DNA of 63,808 nt, filler included, from Octopus bimaculoides (Eukaryota): assembly GCF_001194135.2 (NCBI RefSeq). It is 6 parts of 5 records of this genome, joined end to end, with 100 filler letters (N's around TTAATTAATTAA, not from the genome) between each part and the next. Parts side by side here need not be neighbours in the genome. Positions count along the whole stretch, not along the records: positions 1 to 29,412 come from NC_068985.1; 5 more parts are not named here. One strand, 5' to 3'. Positions 1-12,804 of the stretch are shown here, one piece after another; position 1 is the first letter of the stretch, and each line of letters starts with the position of its first letter. The translations under genes and the position numbers were made by a program. The notes beneath the pieces were generated by a model. It did no database searches. It was not told the origin of the DNA and saw nothing but the letters and a program-made list of their open reading frames with translations.

Positions 1-31
<31 letters not shown>

Positions 32-169
32 AATAAAAGTTTAGTGATTGTGTCTAGATTATGAAACAACCGCCAAGGTATCTCTTCCATCGCTTTTCAT
101 TATAACTTCTACACCCTGTGCTATAGTTTTCTTCTACTCCTAGAAGCGTTCAATATGCTCCTGAACAAT

Positions 170-1125
170 CAACAGTCATCTCTCTAATTTGCAAAGGACA
201 AGACTAGTGCCAAGTTACCATTCCTAGATATAATGGTAATTAAAAAGAACACCACCATTACCAAAGAAATATACTACAAACTAAGGGACACACGTCAGTA
301 CGTGAATTTTAAGTCTGCCATCCACCACATACGAAACGCAAGATTCCATACTGTCTAACCAAAATAATTTATACTATTGCAGAACATGCAAATATCAGGA
401 ACAAAGCCTCACATAACTAAGAGAATTTTTGCTCAAAGAAATGTATCTCTTACTACTTAAAGAAGATGGCATAAAACGGGCAATAGAAATATCAATACAA
501 CAACTGAGAACAATCCAAAGAAGGCATATACAGGAAAAAAAGTCATTACATTTATAGTGAAATACAACCCGTGTCACCAGAATATCTTCAACGTTGCCAA
601 ACCAAACTTGACACTTAATGCTCAAAGTAATCACAGATTGAGCTATGTTGCTTAGTAACAGACAGACTAAAAATTTGAAACTTTATTCAGAAAGGCAGTT
701 TGACCTTAGCAACAAAGACCAATCATTCACCATATCTAAATGCACTGATGATTTATGTGGCACATGTTAATTCATACATGATGTCCAATATATGATCACC
801 AAAACCGGAGAAATATCCATGAACGTATATATGAACTGTAAAAGCAGAAATTTAATTTACTACATCACATGCCCAACTTGTGAAGAACTACATGTAGGTC
901 AGACTGGAAATGAACTAGTAGTACGTTCACGTGTGCACCGACAGCAAATTAGAGACCACGATGTTCCATCAGTTACCTTTGAGTGACCATCTAGCAACAT
1001 GCGGTCTGAAGATAATTATATTTCCATTCTACAAGCTACACAGTCCAAGTGAAATTGAGAGAAAAATCAGAGAAAAGAACTTAATTAATAAATTCCAACC
1101 CAAGCTACATAAACAATCATACTAA
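170..1125 (+). mobile_element. Penelope-like retroelement (Neptune-like), decayed RT C-terminus plus GIY-YIG endonuclease
   Basis: KLPFLDIMVIKK...IYYK..DTRQYVNFKS starts at 212, then a frameshift to CHPPHTKRKIPYCL. A Cys linker (KCTDDLCGTC) precedes the GIY-YIG motif NLIYYITCPTCEELHVGQT (ORF 792-986) and ERKIREKNLINKFQPKL (ORF 931-1125). Multiple stops and frameshifts. Confidence 0.9.
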
Positions 1126-1629
1126 TACTTAGAAGCGCTATTTCTACTGCTACGACCACTACCACTAACAACAACAACAATACTAAAGGTGCCAATCAAC
1201 TTAAGTAATTTAGTAAAATCGCACACTGGTTGGTCAGCATACAGTTTGCAAAAATTAATATCCTGGAGTCTACACAAATATATATAATGCACACAGTTTA
1301 GCCATCTCGCCACAGTTGTAAATTATAAAACATAACATTCATCGCTACTACATGTACTTGACGATTGCATATATTAATGCATGAACTTACTAATACAATC
1401 AGAATGGACGTTTAATATTCTATAATTTGAATATGTTATATTATCTTATATTATATTACTATAAGATTGTAAATAAAACGTGTAAATCAAAGTTGGAATT
1501 CATTTGAGTAATGAATTCTTCTATCCACGATCATATAAACCGTGTGTCTTTCCTGAGCGTCTGATAATATAGTAGATGTACCACGTCCTCCCGTTATAGT
1601 TTCTTCTTATTTGTTCTTCGTATTGATTC

Positions 1630-1676
<47 letters not shown>

Positions 1677-2098
1677 ATGTATATATTTGTATATCTATCT
1701 ATATATCTATATGTATGTGTGTGTGTGTGTGTGTGTTTGTGTGTGTGCATACACACATACATACATATGAGCTTATTATGTTGTACTTATTTTCTCTTGC
1801 GTGTAGCTCTGTATTAGTACGCGCTAATATCTATATTTTTGCGTCTGCGATTTATATCAGAGGAACCCATAAAATCCTCATCCAACACCAAATTCATGAC
1901 ATTTCATTTGATATTTTACTTTCAAGTTTTTCATCTCCCTTTTAATATTTCTTCTAAGTAGTGCATAAGGCAATTGGCACAGAACTTTTGGTTTTACCTT
2001 CTTGTACCGGTATACGACGATCATTCATTTGATATCAGACGTTTTCCTCTCTCTTTCCCACCGGCCATCCACCTTTCCTTATCTGTATGTCACACGCT

Positions 2099-2136
<38 letters not shown>

Positions 2137-3216
2137 ATATATATATCTTCTGCTATTTTTATATATGCAACACCATTTATCACGCGTGAAAGTGTTTATG
2201 TGAAATACGTGCTATTAAAAAAAAAATGTAGTGTCCGTCTCTCGTCCACTTTCTTTTTTCTCACGTTCCTTCTCGCTGTGCACATTCGAGTGTTTGTGTT
2301 TGTGTGTCTGTGTCCGGGTGTGTGAGAGGGAAGAAGAGGGAGAGAGTCACAAAGAGCGATAGATACTATGTTTGTGTTTGTGTGTTAGATTCCAGGGCCA
2401 AAAATATTGTCACCAAATCAGCCTGAATGTGCAGTCCGCCGAGCGAAATGGACACCTTCTAAACAGCTGCGCCTATGCAACACATTCCGTTCTACCACAG
2501 CTTGATTTGTAGAATGAAGTTTATCTTTAGGATATATGTAATATAAATTCATTATACATATTTACTGGCAACTAAGCTGTCACTTTTAATATAGAATTTA
2601 ATCTCCTCCCATCAACGTCGCATCATTCTATACATGCTGTTACGCAAGTGATAATATGTTTAGGCTTTTGATAATCCTCTCTTGTCTTCAAAACTTCAGA
2701 CAACTGAATGCGACATAAGACATATCTGAGAAATCTATAATTAGATGGAAAACCATTAGGATTAAACAACTTATTCAATTTCTCCACCTGAAGAAATATA
2801 TCGTCTAAGAATAAGTACTGCATTGCTTCGGTGAAAGTATTTTTCATAAACATGCATTCTAGTTATTAATTCTGCGCCGTCAAAATTGTACCACTATATC
2901 ATATATACACTGAGAAAATCAAGTGGAATAACATCATATAAACGAAATCGGCAAGTTGGTAGAATCATTGGTGTGTCAGACAAAATTCTTAAACAATAAC
3001 ATTTTAAGCCATGATTGTCAGAATCATTAGAGCGCCGGTACAATAAATGCGTTGTGGTAATATTCCTGTTCTTTAGAATTCTAGTGAAAATGATGCAGAG
3101 GAGAATCGCATATTGAAAAAATTCTCACAGAAATTCTCAGCTCAGTATCTAAATTAAAAACTGTTCATAATAGAGAATTCTAAATGTTCGAAAGAAGAGA
3201 AAGATTTTAACCACCA

Positions 3217-4012
3217 ACCAGCCAGCAAAACCATATCCGGTCGATATCAAACCGATGTTATCTATATCGGCCCAAAATAGAAAACAATGTCGGCTTGATT
3301 TCGGCCCGATCTCATTTTGCAACACGCCGCAACATCGGGCAGATAGATTGCCCGATACCGGGATTATATGAATTTGAGTTTGAGCCGATGTGAGATTTAG
3401 GTCTCTTACATCGGGTTGACATCGGCCCAATACCATATTCACATCAAGGTGGCATTGGTCCGATATCAAAATGAGGTTGGCTGATGTATTGTTTTTCAAC
3501 TTAAGAAATCTCAATATCGGCCTCAGCCGATTTTGCCAAGTGCCTGATCCGGTTTCGAAATACATTCAAGGATGGGCTAATTAATTTATGTTTACACATT
3601 TATACGGCCTTGACATCGGCCACACTTTATGTTCTCCATATCATTACACCAGATCGCTGACATGAATTGCTCTGATTCCAGCCTCACCCACCAAGCGTTT
3701 GAAAATAAAAATGTAATATTGTTTCAATTTGCAGCCAAGTAGAACCACCCACTGCTGAACAGAAACAATATTAAATTTATTTTAAAAGTGTAAGTGTATG
3801 AACATCGGTTTACATGGCATGTGTATGGGAATATCTGAAAAACCATGTAGAAACCGCTAGAAAAGAATTGAAAGATTAGCAACAATGAGGAACGCAAAAC
3901 CTAAAATAACTCCGTTTTAATATCGTAGTGATAACGGGCCGATATCGGCAAAAAAATTACCGATATTTCGCTGTTCACCCGATATCTGTCCGATACGGTG
4001 ATGCTGGCTGGG
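3217..4012. mobile_element. Non-autonomous TIR DNA transposon (CMC/EnSpm-like MITE)
   Basis: Imperfect ~32-bp TIRs: accagccagcaaaaccatatccggtcgatatc versus the reverse complement of the right end, cccagccagcatcaccgtatcggacagatatc. CA flanks both ends (3215-16, 4013-14). Many ATCGG/CCGAT subterminal motifs. Superfamily assignment is inferred. Confidence 0.75.
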
Positions 4013-5749
4013 CAATAATAAGTGCCACGTGGTATTCAGCTTTTGTAACCTCGGTTTATATCGACGCAGACTGAAGGCATGTTTATTAGCCATACGTTAT
4101 ATGACTTCGTTACAGATTAACATACATGCGTACACACATGCGCGTGCACTTATAAACGAACTCATACACATAAGCACGAGCGTGTAAATACATACACACA
4201 CATATATGTATGTTCAGTGAGAGGGAGGGAGAAAATGAGTGTGTGTGCGAGAGATAGAGGGAAAGAGAAAAGAAAAAGAGAGAGAAATTACACACCTAGA
4301 ATCAAAATTTGACAGCCGACACATAATTAAACAAAGCGAATGAAGGTATATGTGTGTGTACACTCACACTCACATTCATGTAAACACATACATACACGCA
4401 TACACGCACGCACATATATATGTATGTAGACATTAGCTTATTTTGTATTCGTGTTTATGTGTATTTTCGTGTAAGTACAAGTGTATCAGGTAGATACTAA
4501 TAGAGAAAGAGAGCGTGGCTGTTTGTGTAAGCTAGAGTGGGAATCACATATTTCACTCAAAATCCGATTTGCTTGTTAATTTTCGAACTTTTTGCCACAC
4601 AGACAGCAAACGTTATAACTACTTTTTTTCTATTTCTCTTCATTTTTTAAAAATATTTTTTCTCTTTATTCATCATTAAAACTGTAGAGATAAATTGTGT
4701 TCCCATCATTATCAGTAGCAGTATTACTTCACTTCATATTTTCATTTACGTATTTTCTCTTTGCCATATTTTTAGCCTTGAGGGACTTTGATATTTTTTC
4801 TCGTTTATTTGCGATTCATCTTTTTTTCTTCTTTTAAATAGTTTGACATTCCAATTTGATATGTTTATAATTTTTTTCCTATATATTCGTTAACTTTGTT
4901 GCATGCGTTCTTTTATTATTATTTTCGATATGTTATTCTATACGAGTTAAAAAAAAATACCATGCTGACTTTTAAACGAGATCATTAACAGTAAAACGAA
5001 GAAAACAGAAAGAAAAATCGATATTTTACCAACAAATAAAAATTAAATAAATAGAACCCAAACATAAGAAATCAAACAAAAAGATGAAAAATTCGGAGAA
5101 ACTTGAATGTTGCTATATTTTCTCTATTTGGTAATGTATTTTTAATTCTACATCAATGAAATCAGTTTTTTATTTATTTTTGTAACTGTTGTTTTACACA
5201 TTTCTCTCTCTTGTTATATAATCCATAAATACACATTTTACTTATTTTTTAAATAAAGTCAACTTCTATTGATCGTATGATATCTTAAAAGTCACGTTTC
5301 TTTCTTTGTCGTCTTCATTTATTTTTAGATATTTTAATCATTCGCTTTTCTTTCCAAATTTCGTCCGCACACACGCATNNNNNNNNNNNNNNNNNNNNNN
5401 NNNNNNNNNNNNNNNNNNNNNNNNNNNNNNNNNNNNNNNNNNNNNNNNNNNNNNNNNNNNNNNNNNNNNNNNNNNNNNNNNNNNNNNNNNNNNNNNNNNN
5501 NNNNNNNNNNNNNNNNNNNNNNNNNNNNNNNNNNNNNNNNNNNNNNNNNNNNNNNNNNNNNNNNNNNNNNNNNNNNNNNNNNNNNNNNNNNNNNNNNNNN
5601 NNNNNNNNNNNNNNNNNNNNNNNNNNNNNNNNNNNNNNNNNNNNNNNNNNNNNNNNNNNNNNNNNNNNNNNNNNNNNNNNNNNNNNNNATGTATATATAT
5701 ATATATATATTTATATGTACATATATATGTATGTGTGCATATATCTACG

Positions 5750-5831
<82 letters not shown>

Positions 5832-7083
5832 CGCATGTATATATACATATATAACATATGTATATGTATATATATGTATATACATATATTCCAATTTATT
5901 TTCAAAACATATTTCTATATTTATAATTTTTATTAGTAAATATAGTGTTTGGACGTCATCATTTACTTCTATGTTACTTTGTTGAAATGTATTTAGTTCC
6001 TGCAATAAGTTGAAATTTGTGTGTAATTAAATGTTAAACATTGGCAGCAGCTACGAAGTCAATAAATGAGATGATTGGCTGCATAAATATATATTTTCAT
6101 TGGAAGTAATTATGGGGTAAAACAAACATGTATGGAAGACCTGAATTCGGTTAAACGTAACAGGTAGCGTCAATACTACATTTATGCTATTCGCGTGTAT
6201 CTGTTATCTAAGTACAAGTTTAAGTTACGCTTGCACACATAGGCTAATAAAGATATACGGTTTATAGTACACACTCACAATAATAGAAAATAAAATGCCA
6301 TTATCATTAGCCGTATATTTTTCTAGAGAATTGTATTACACTTTAACTATGACGTTCACAAACGTTGGTTACACGTTTTGTGTATGTAGTTTGTTAATTG
6401 AAGCTTATATTTGTGTAACTCATTGTGTGCAATTAGGAAAAGTTTAAACATTGAAATTGGTAGAAAAATTGATTAAACTTTTATCTGCATAATGTTGGAA
6501 TTATTGGAATGCACCCGAGGCGGAGCCCCTACTTGTGGGTACTTAGTTGAAAACACCAAACTTTTAAGTCTTGTAATGTTATCTCATGTGAATTACCGAA
6601 TGTATACTGTTCGTCTAACGGTGCTGTTAACGGAGGTTGACTGTCAAAGAATTATGTTCATATGTGTGTGTGTGTGTGTGTGTGTATACATATATATTTA
6701 NNNNNNNNNNNNNNNNNNNNNNNNNNNNNNNNNNNNNNNNNNNNNNNNNNNNNNNNNNNNNNNNNNNNNNNNNNNNNNNNNNNNNNNNNNNNNNNNNNNN
6801 NNNNNNNNNNNNNNNNNNNNNNNNNNNNNNNNNNNNNNNNNNNNNNNNNNNNNNNNNNNNNNNNNNNNNNNNNNNNNNNNNNNNNNNNNNNNNNNNNNNN
6901 NNNNNNNNNNNNNNNNNNNNNNNNNNNNNNNNNNNNNNNNNNNNNNNNNNNNNNNNNNNNNNNNNNNNNNNNNNNNNNNATATATATATATATACATATA
7001 TTTATATATGCATATACTGCAGACATGCGCGCTTACATATAATTGTTGAGGATTCGCGTGTCTGTTAATTGGTCAGCAATGCA

Positions 7084-7294
7084 GGGAGCTGGCAGAAACG
7101 TTAGAACGATCGGCGAAATGCTTAGCGGTATTTCGTCTGTCCTTACGTTCTAAGTTCAAATTCCACCGAGGCTGACTTTGCATTTCATCCTTTCGGGTTC
7201 GATAAATTAAGTACCTGTTGCGCTCTGGTGTTGATCTAATCTACTAGCTCCCTCCCCCAAAACCTCTGGCCTTGTGCTTAGAATGCAAAAGGAT
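7084..7294 (+). mobile_element. tRNA-derived SINE, family A
   Basis: GGAGCTGGCAGAAACGTTAG head, GTTCAAATTCC B-box and TTTCATCCTTTCGGGTTCGATAAATTAAGTACC core. More than 12 similar copies occur in the window. Confidence 0.85.
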
Positions 7295-7360
7295 TTCACA
7301 AGGCTGTTCCATTTATCGGATCAAATGGACCACTCGTGATCGTAACACATACAGTAGGGC

Positions 7361-7415
<55 letters not shown>

Positions 7416-7438
7416 ATATAATTGTACGCACAATTATA

Positions 7439-7965
7439 TAGTAAACCATCGACAATCGCGGGTGTTACGCTCTAATGCCTCCCGCGATAGGAAAAATCCG
7501 CGAAGTAGAAACACTACTGTACTCTATATATATTTCATCATGTTTATAATTGTATATGTTTATTTTATTATAAATGCATCTGTAATTGGTATATATCTGT
7601 GATATTATAAATGCAAAACACCACTCACTCACCTCTCGTGTTTCGATTTCCATACAGTATGTGTGATTATTTGGTTACTCATCTACTGTAGAGGGCGTAT
7701 CTGCTTTTAATATATATTAATTAATGTATTATACAGTACAGTACTGTACTCTATTTTAATTAATCAATCTATTAATTTTAGGCATAAACATGCTTATTTT
7801 ACCACAGAAATAATTAAAATCTAAAAAAATACAGATACTTCACAGCCGCAGGAACCCGCGATATACTGAGGAATCTGTGATATAAATTTATATCTGTTAA
7901 GCAGAAATATTCTGAGCTGTAGTGAGTGCACGATAGGTGAAGCTCGATATGGCTAGGGCTTACTG
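7439..7965. mobile_element. Tigger/pogo-type MITE
   Basis: Degenerate TIRs (TA)TAGTAAACCATCGACAATCG and CGATATGGCTAGGGCTTACTG(TA), TA on both sides, subterminal CCGCGA motifs. Confidence 0.65.
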
Positions 7966-8015
7966 TAATTAGACAAATCTAATAGTTATTTACACCAGGT
8001 CTGAAATTTTCCCAT

Positions 8016-8061
8016 GACACCTGATGAAGGCTGGAAGGTATATCAGCCAAAACGTTGTGTT
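8016..8061 (+). ncRNA. Minimal type I hammerhead ribozyme motif in a solo Penelope pLTR remnant (~7975-8110); G12A variant, likely inactive
   Basis: Stem I gacac/gtgtt, CTGATGA at 8021-27, stem II ggctg/cagcc, AAAAC in place of GAAAC, palindromic ACGT stem III and a GUU cleavage triplet. Confidence 0.7.
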
Positions 8062-8939
8062 AACAAGATAAAAACAAATATCCGTCAAATATAAATAATG
8101 TAAATAATCAACTGATAAATTGGAAATAAGGAGAAAGATACAATGTATTAAAGTGACCGAAAACTTTTGCTCGGTATTGTAACTGCTGTAGATCTTATAG
8201 GAAGTTTAGCAGCAGCAGCAGCAATAACAGTCACATCTGCAGTAGCAGCATTATTATTAGTGTATATACATCTGAATGTATTTAGTAGAGAAACATAAAG
8301 AAACCAGTAGAAAATACGCTTTTGGCAAAACTATCACGCGCTTTGTCTGCGCTGCTCACTTATTCCAAATCTCTGTGAATTCTTCAGCCATTATACCACG
8401 ACATGGTATAAATAGCATACGCCTGAACAGGCTAAGTAGCGAAAGGTCCTCTTGTGACCACTAGACGAATGCCATAAACTATAAAATTTAGAAATATTAC
8501 AAAAGGGAAATGCTGGTGCTTATATGTATATTCCATTGACATCTATTATTTCGCAAAGTAGCTATTTACTAATTGTTCAAAGTACTATAAAATGCAGGTC
8601 ATAACTAATAAATGAGATTGTACTTATGCAGCCAAAAAAAAATTAAAAAATAAAAATTAGAAAATCACAACGTTTCGAATAGCTGTGAGGATAAAAGTCA
8701 AAATGAAAGCGCAATCGAACGTATATCGTTAGCAATTCATACACATACTACAATGATGTGTATGTGTGTATGTAATATATTCCTCAAAGCATTCAATTAT
8801 CTGGCAGACTGCTGCAAAATAACATCACGAATGTATATGGACATGTGCGAGTATGTGCGTGGGTGTGTGTAATGTGTGTGTGTGATATGTGAGCGTGCAT
8901 ATACAGATATGCACGTCTATACACAATTAAAAAAGAATT

Positions 8940-8990
<51 letters not shown>

Positions 8991-9030
8991 GTGTATGTGT
9001 GTGTGTGTGTGTGTGCGTGTCTGTGTCTGC

Positions 9031-9170
9031 GTGTAAGTGGCTAGCCACATGCATCCGGGTTCAGCTCCACTGCGTGGCACCTTCGACAGGTGTCGTCCAC
9101 TATAGCCTAGGGCCATCCAAAGCGTTGTCAGTGGATTTGATAGGCAGAGACCGAAAGAAGCTTGTCGTAT
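9031..9170 (+). mobile_element. tRNA-derived SINE, family B, 5' half
   Basis: CCGGGTTCAGCTCCACTGCGTGGCACC...GTGGATTTG...GAAAGAAGCTTGTCG followed by a TA microsatellite. A similar copy lies at 20801-20968. Confidence 0.7.
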
Positions 9171-9449
9171 ATATATTTGTGTATATATATATACCCTCGT
9201 ATACAATTATATATGTGAGTATGTGCGTGTATGCGTGTGTCTATGCATATATATATATATANNNNNNNNNNNNNNNNNNNNNNNNNNNNNNNNNNNNNNN
9301 NNNNNNNNNNNNNNNNNNNNNNNNNNNNNNNNNNNNNNNNNNNNNNNNNNNNNNNNNNNNNNNNNNNNNNNNNNNNNNNNNNNNNNNNNNNNNNNNNNNN
9401 NNNNNNNNNNNNNNNNNNNNNNNNNNNNNNNNNNNNNNNNNNNNNNNNT

Positions 9450-9469
9450 ATATATATAGATAGATAGAC

Positions 9470-9557
<88 letters not shown>

Positions 9558-9558
9558 G
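9450..9558. repeat. (TA)n/(GATA)n microsatellite
   Basis: Direct reading. Confidence 0.95.
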
Positions 9559-10254
9559 CATACGAACATACATACATGCACACTCTAGTATTTGCGTACA
9601 TATGTGTGTGGATGTGTCTTTATGTATGTACGTATGTACGATTATATGCATGTAGGTAGGTGAAATGTGAAACGTAATCCCTGTTGTTCTTGATGATGTA
9701 AAGCAGTTACCACGGGTAGTAAAATATAATCGAAAGCTTGCATTATGAAAAATCTTTGAATTCACCCAAGAAAAGAGACTGCAGAAATATTCGAAAACAT
9801 CACACTCGAGAACGAGTGAACAACTAATATTAGGTATTTATTTGTGCATGTATTGGTATAACTGCAACCATAAAATAAATACACGTTCTACATTAAATTT
9901 CGGTGTCTATTTAACGAAAATGCGTCCTAAAAAAATTCATTTATTTCAAAACGTGTAAATAGAAAATGACATTAAAAAGAAGAATATTAGATTCTTAGGG
10001 AAAGAAAACATTCTTAGTTCTTTTCCTTGCTTATGAAATACTCACACTCTCATATCGACTCTCGATTCATTACGACGACGATGTGTTTATTTGATCGAAA
10101 CAACGAAACAGCCAACTCACAAAAATAACGTGCAAGTGAATGAGTATTCCGCAGACACTCGTACCTTCATGTACTTCTCAGTGACATTCAGAGTGATACA
10201 CAAAGTGAAACGGTTGTCCTTTCAAATAAATTGCTTCTTATTGTTGTCATCTGT

Positions 10255-10370
10255 GTGGACTGGAACAACGTGGAATAAATGGTCTTCTTCAGCGATAAAA
10301 CGCGACTATCGTGTTGTGTTGACGCCCCCAGACGATGAAGTAGGCTATCTCAATACGTAGATATAGAGGG
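10255..10370 (+). mobile_element. Possible highly decayed Tc1 transposase fragment
   Basis: With a frameshift reads WNK.VFFSDKTR, resembling the Tc1 W..V.FSDE motif. Weak. Confidence 0.3.
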
Positions 10371-11430
10371 AGAAGTCTAGATGTCGAGTGTAGTTGAGTA
10401 GAGGTCATCCGAACGTGCGATATAACAATGGGAATCGATAGATGTACGTAACAATCGTGAGCAAACAACACTAACACTCGTGAGCTTACAACACTAACAA
10501 CAGAGCCACGGTCCTTTGTAATTATATTTCAAAGAAATACGGTGCTAGTGTCAAATTCTGTCAAAAAATGCAAAGACAGTGTATATTAATATCTAACATG
10601 GTCTAGTGAATTGTTTTAACATTTATTCAAGATATATTTCGCTGCATTATTACCAACTACTTAACAGTAATTGAAAATTAATGCGGAATGATGTGCGTAA
10701 TAAAAACACCACTTCCAGAATTCAGACAATCTCTTCAGGAATGATAAAATTATAGCACGTTAAAACGGTTCCATATATCTCGTTTTCTATTGTAATATGT
10801 ATATATTGACTTGTGGTGTGCATAGAAACTGAATTTGAAGATGATGATACACACACATAGACTCACCAATAATATATATTATTAATATTTAGCATAATTC
10901 TCGATTATTATAAAGCGAAACGACTTACTTCACACAAAGAGAGCTGTGAAGTTTGGGGTTAAGTTAACATAATCCACGCAAACTTGAAGAGTTGCGTGTG
11001 CTCAGCCACAAAGAATGACATCTCGTACCTGTGAAGATGGTTAAGGACTTGTACGCATCCCTTCAAGCTAAGGGACACCACATGAAATATTATTAACGTA
11101 CAGTAACTTCTTGAAATGAACATTACGTAATAAATTTTCATTATAAACATTTTTCTCTTCTAAAAAACTGTATCTTGATTGGTTTATGTGAAATGGCGGA
11201 AAACATTTGCACGGTCGTCTCGCATCTACCCCTCTTATTGAGAACTCCTACTACAATATATAATGATTATGTATGGAAATTACTCCCACAGGACCCATGT
11301 TTCGCCCGTAAAATACGAAATGCGAAACATCCAGTTATAAGATGGCAATTAGTAGAAATTTACAATAGATTAAAGAGCCGCAAATCTTTGGCACGGTACT
11401 GTATTACCACTGCTAATGATTAAGTATTAA

Positions 11431-11641
11431 GATGGCGAGCCGACACAATCTTAAGCATGCCGAGCAAAATACTTCGCGGGATTTCAACAGACCTTTTTCA
11501 GAGTTCAACTTCTGCCGAGGTTGACTTAGCCTTTCATCCTCACGTGGTCGATGAAATCAGTACCAGTTGTACATTGGTTTCGATGTAATCGACTTAGCCC
11601 CTCCCCTAAAGTTGCTGACCTCGAACCAACATTTTTAATCC

Positions 11642-11644
<3 letters not shown>
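11431..11644 (+). mobile_element. SINE family A (diverged) with long (TTA)n tail
   Basis: GGCGAGCC head, GAGTTCAACTTCTGCCGAGGTTGACTTAGCCTTTCATCC core. Confidence 0.8.
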
Positions 11645-11693
<49 letters not shown>

Positions 11694-11700
11694 GTTGTTG

Positions 11701-11750
<50 letters not shown>

Positions 11751-11773
11751 GTTATTATTATTATCATTATTAC

Positions 11774-11833
<60 letters not shown>

Positions 11834-11864
11834 CATTATTATTATTATTACTAGTAGTAGTAGA
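11645..11864. repeat. (ATT)n microsatellite
   Basis: Direct reading. It is the source of the poly-L/I/N ORFs. Confidence 0.95.
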
Positions 11865-12601
11865 NNNNNNNNNNNNNNNNNNNNNNNNNNNNNNNNNNNN
11901 NNNNNNNNNNNNNNNNNNNNNNNNNNNNNNNNNNNNNNNNNNNNNNNNNNNNNNNNNNNNNNNNNNNNNNNNNNNNNNNNNNNNNNNNNNNNNNNNNNNN
12001 NNNNNNNNNNNNNNNNNNNNNNNNNNNNNNNNNNNNNNNNNNNNNNNNNNNNNNNNNNNNNNNNNNNNNNNNNNNNNNNNNNNNNNNNNNNNNNNNNNNN
12101 NNNNNNNNNNNNNNNNNNNNNNNNNNNNNNNNNNNNNNNNNNNNNNNNNNNNNNNNNNNNNNNNNNNNNNNNNNNNNNNNNNNNNNNNNNNNNNNNNNNN
12201 NNNNNNNNNNNNNNNNNNNNNNNNNNNNNNNNNNNNNNNNNNNNNNNNNNNNNNNNNNNNNNNNNNNNNNNNNNNNNNNNNNNNNNNNNNNNNNNNNNNN
12301 NNNNNNNNNNNNNNNNNNNNNNNNNNNNNNNNNNNNNNNNNNNNNNNNNNNNNNNNNNNNNNNNNNNNNNNNNNNNNNNNNNNNNNNNNNNNNNNNNNNN
12401 NNNNNNNNNNNNNNNNNNNNNNNNNNNNNNNNNNNNNNNNNNNNNNNNNNNNNNNNNNNNNNNNNNNNNNNNNNNNNNNNNNNNNNNNNNNNNNNNNNNN
12501 NNNNNNNNNNNNNNNNNNNNNNNNNNNNNNNNNNNNNNNNNNNNNNNNNNNNNNNNNNNNNNNNNNNNNNNNNNNNNNNNNNNNNNNNNNNNNNNNNNNN
12601 N

Positions 12602-12744
12602 CCTTCATGATCTTTGACAACTATATCTGGTCTATTTGCCTTAATTTCTCTATCTGTGTGTATTGGCATATCCCAGAGTATGGTTGCTTTCTCGTTTTCT
12701 GTGACCTTTTCTGGCGTGTGTTTATACCATCTTTTTTCTGTTGC

Positions 12745-12745
<1 letters not shown>
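12602..12745 (-). mobile_element. R4/Dong-type LINE fragment (restriction-like endonuclease region), 5'-truncated, runs into a gap
   Basis: KRWYKHTPEKVTENEKATILWDMPIHTDREIKANRPDIVVKDHE. The 5' junction abuts (TAA)n in element sense. Confidence 0.88.

Positions 12746-12804
<59 letters not shown>

Noticed and set aside
1352-1395. Hammerhead-like TTGACGA-tgcat/atgca-TGAAC in the tail of the first PLE
   Set aside because: Both core strands deviate and no stem I or III is evident. Too degenerate to call.
3072-3184. 11-bp inverted repeat (tttagaattct/agaattctaaa)
   Set aside because: Short, AT-rich and built around a palindrome, with no TSD or second copy.
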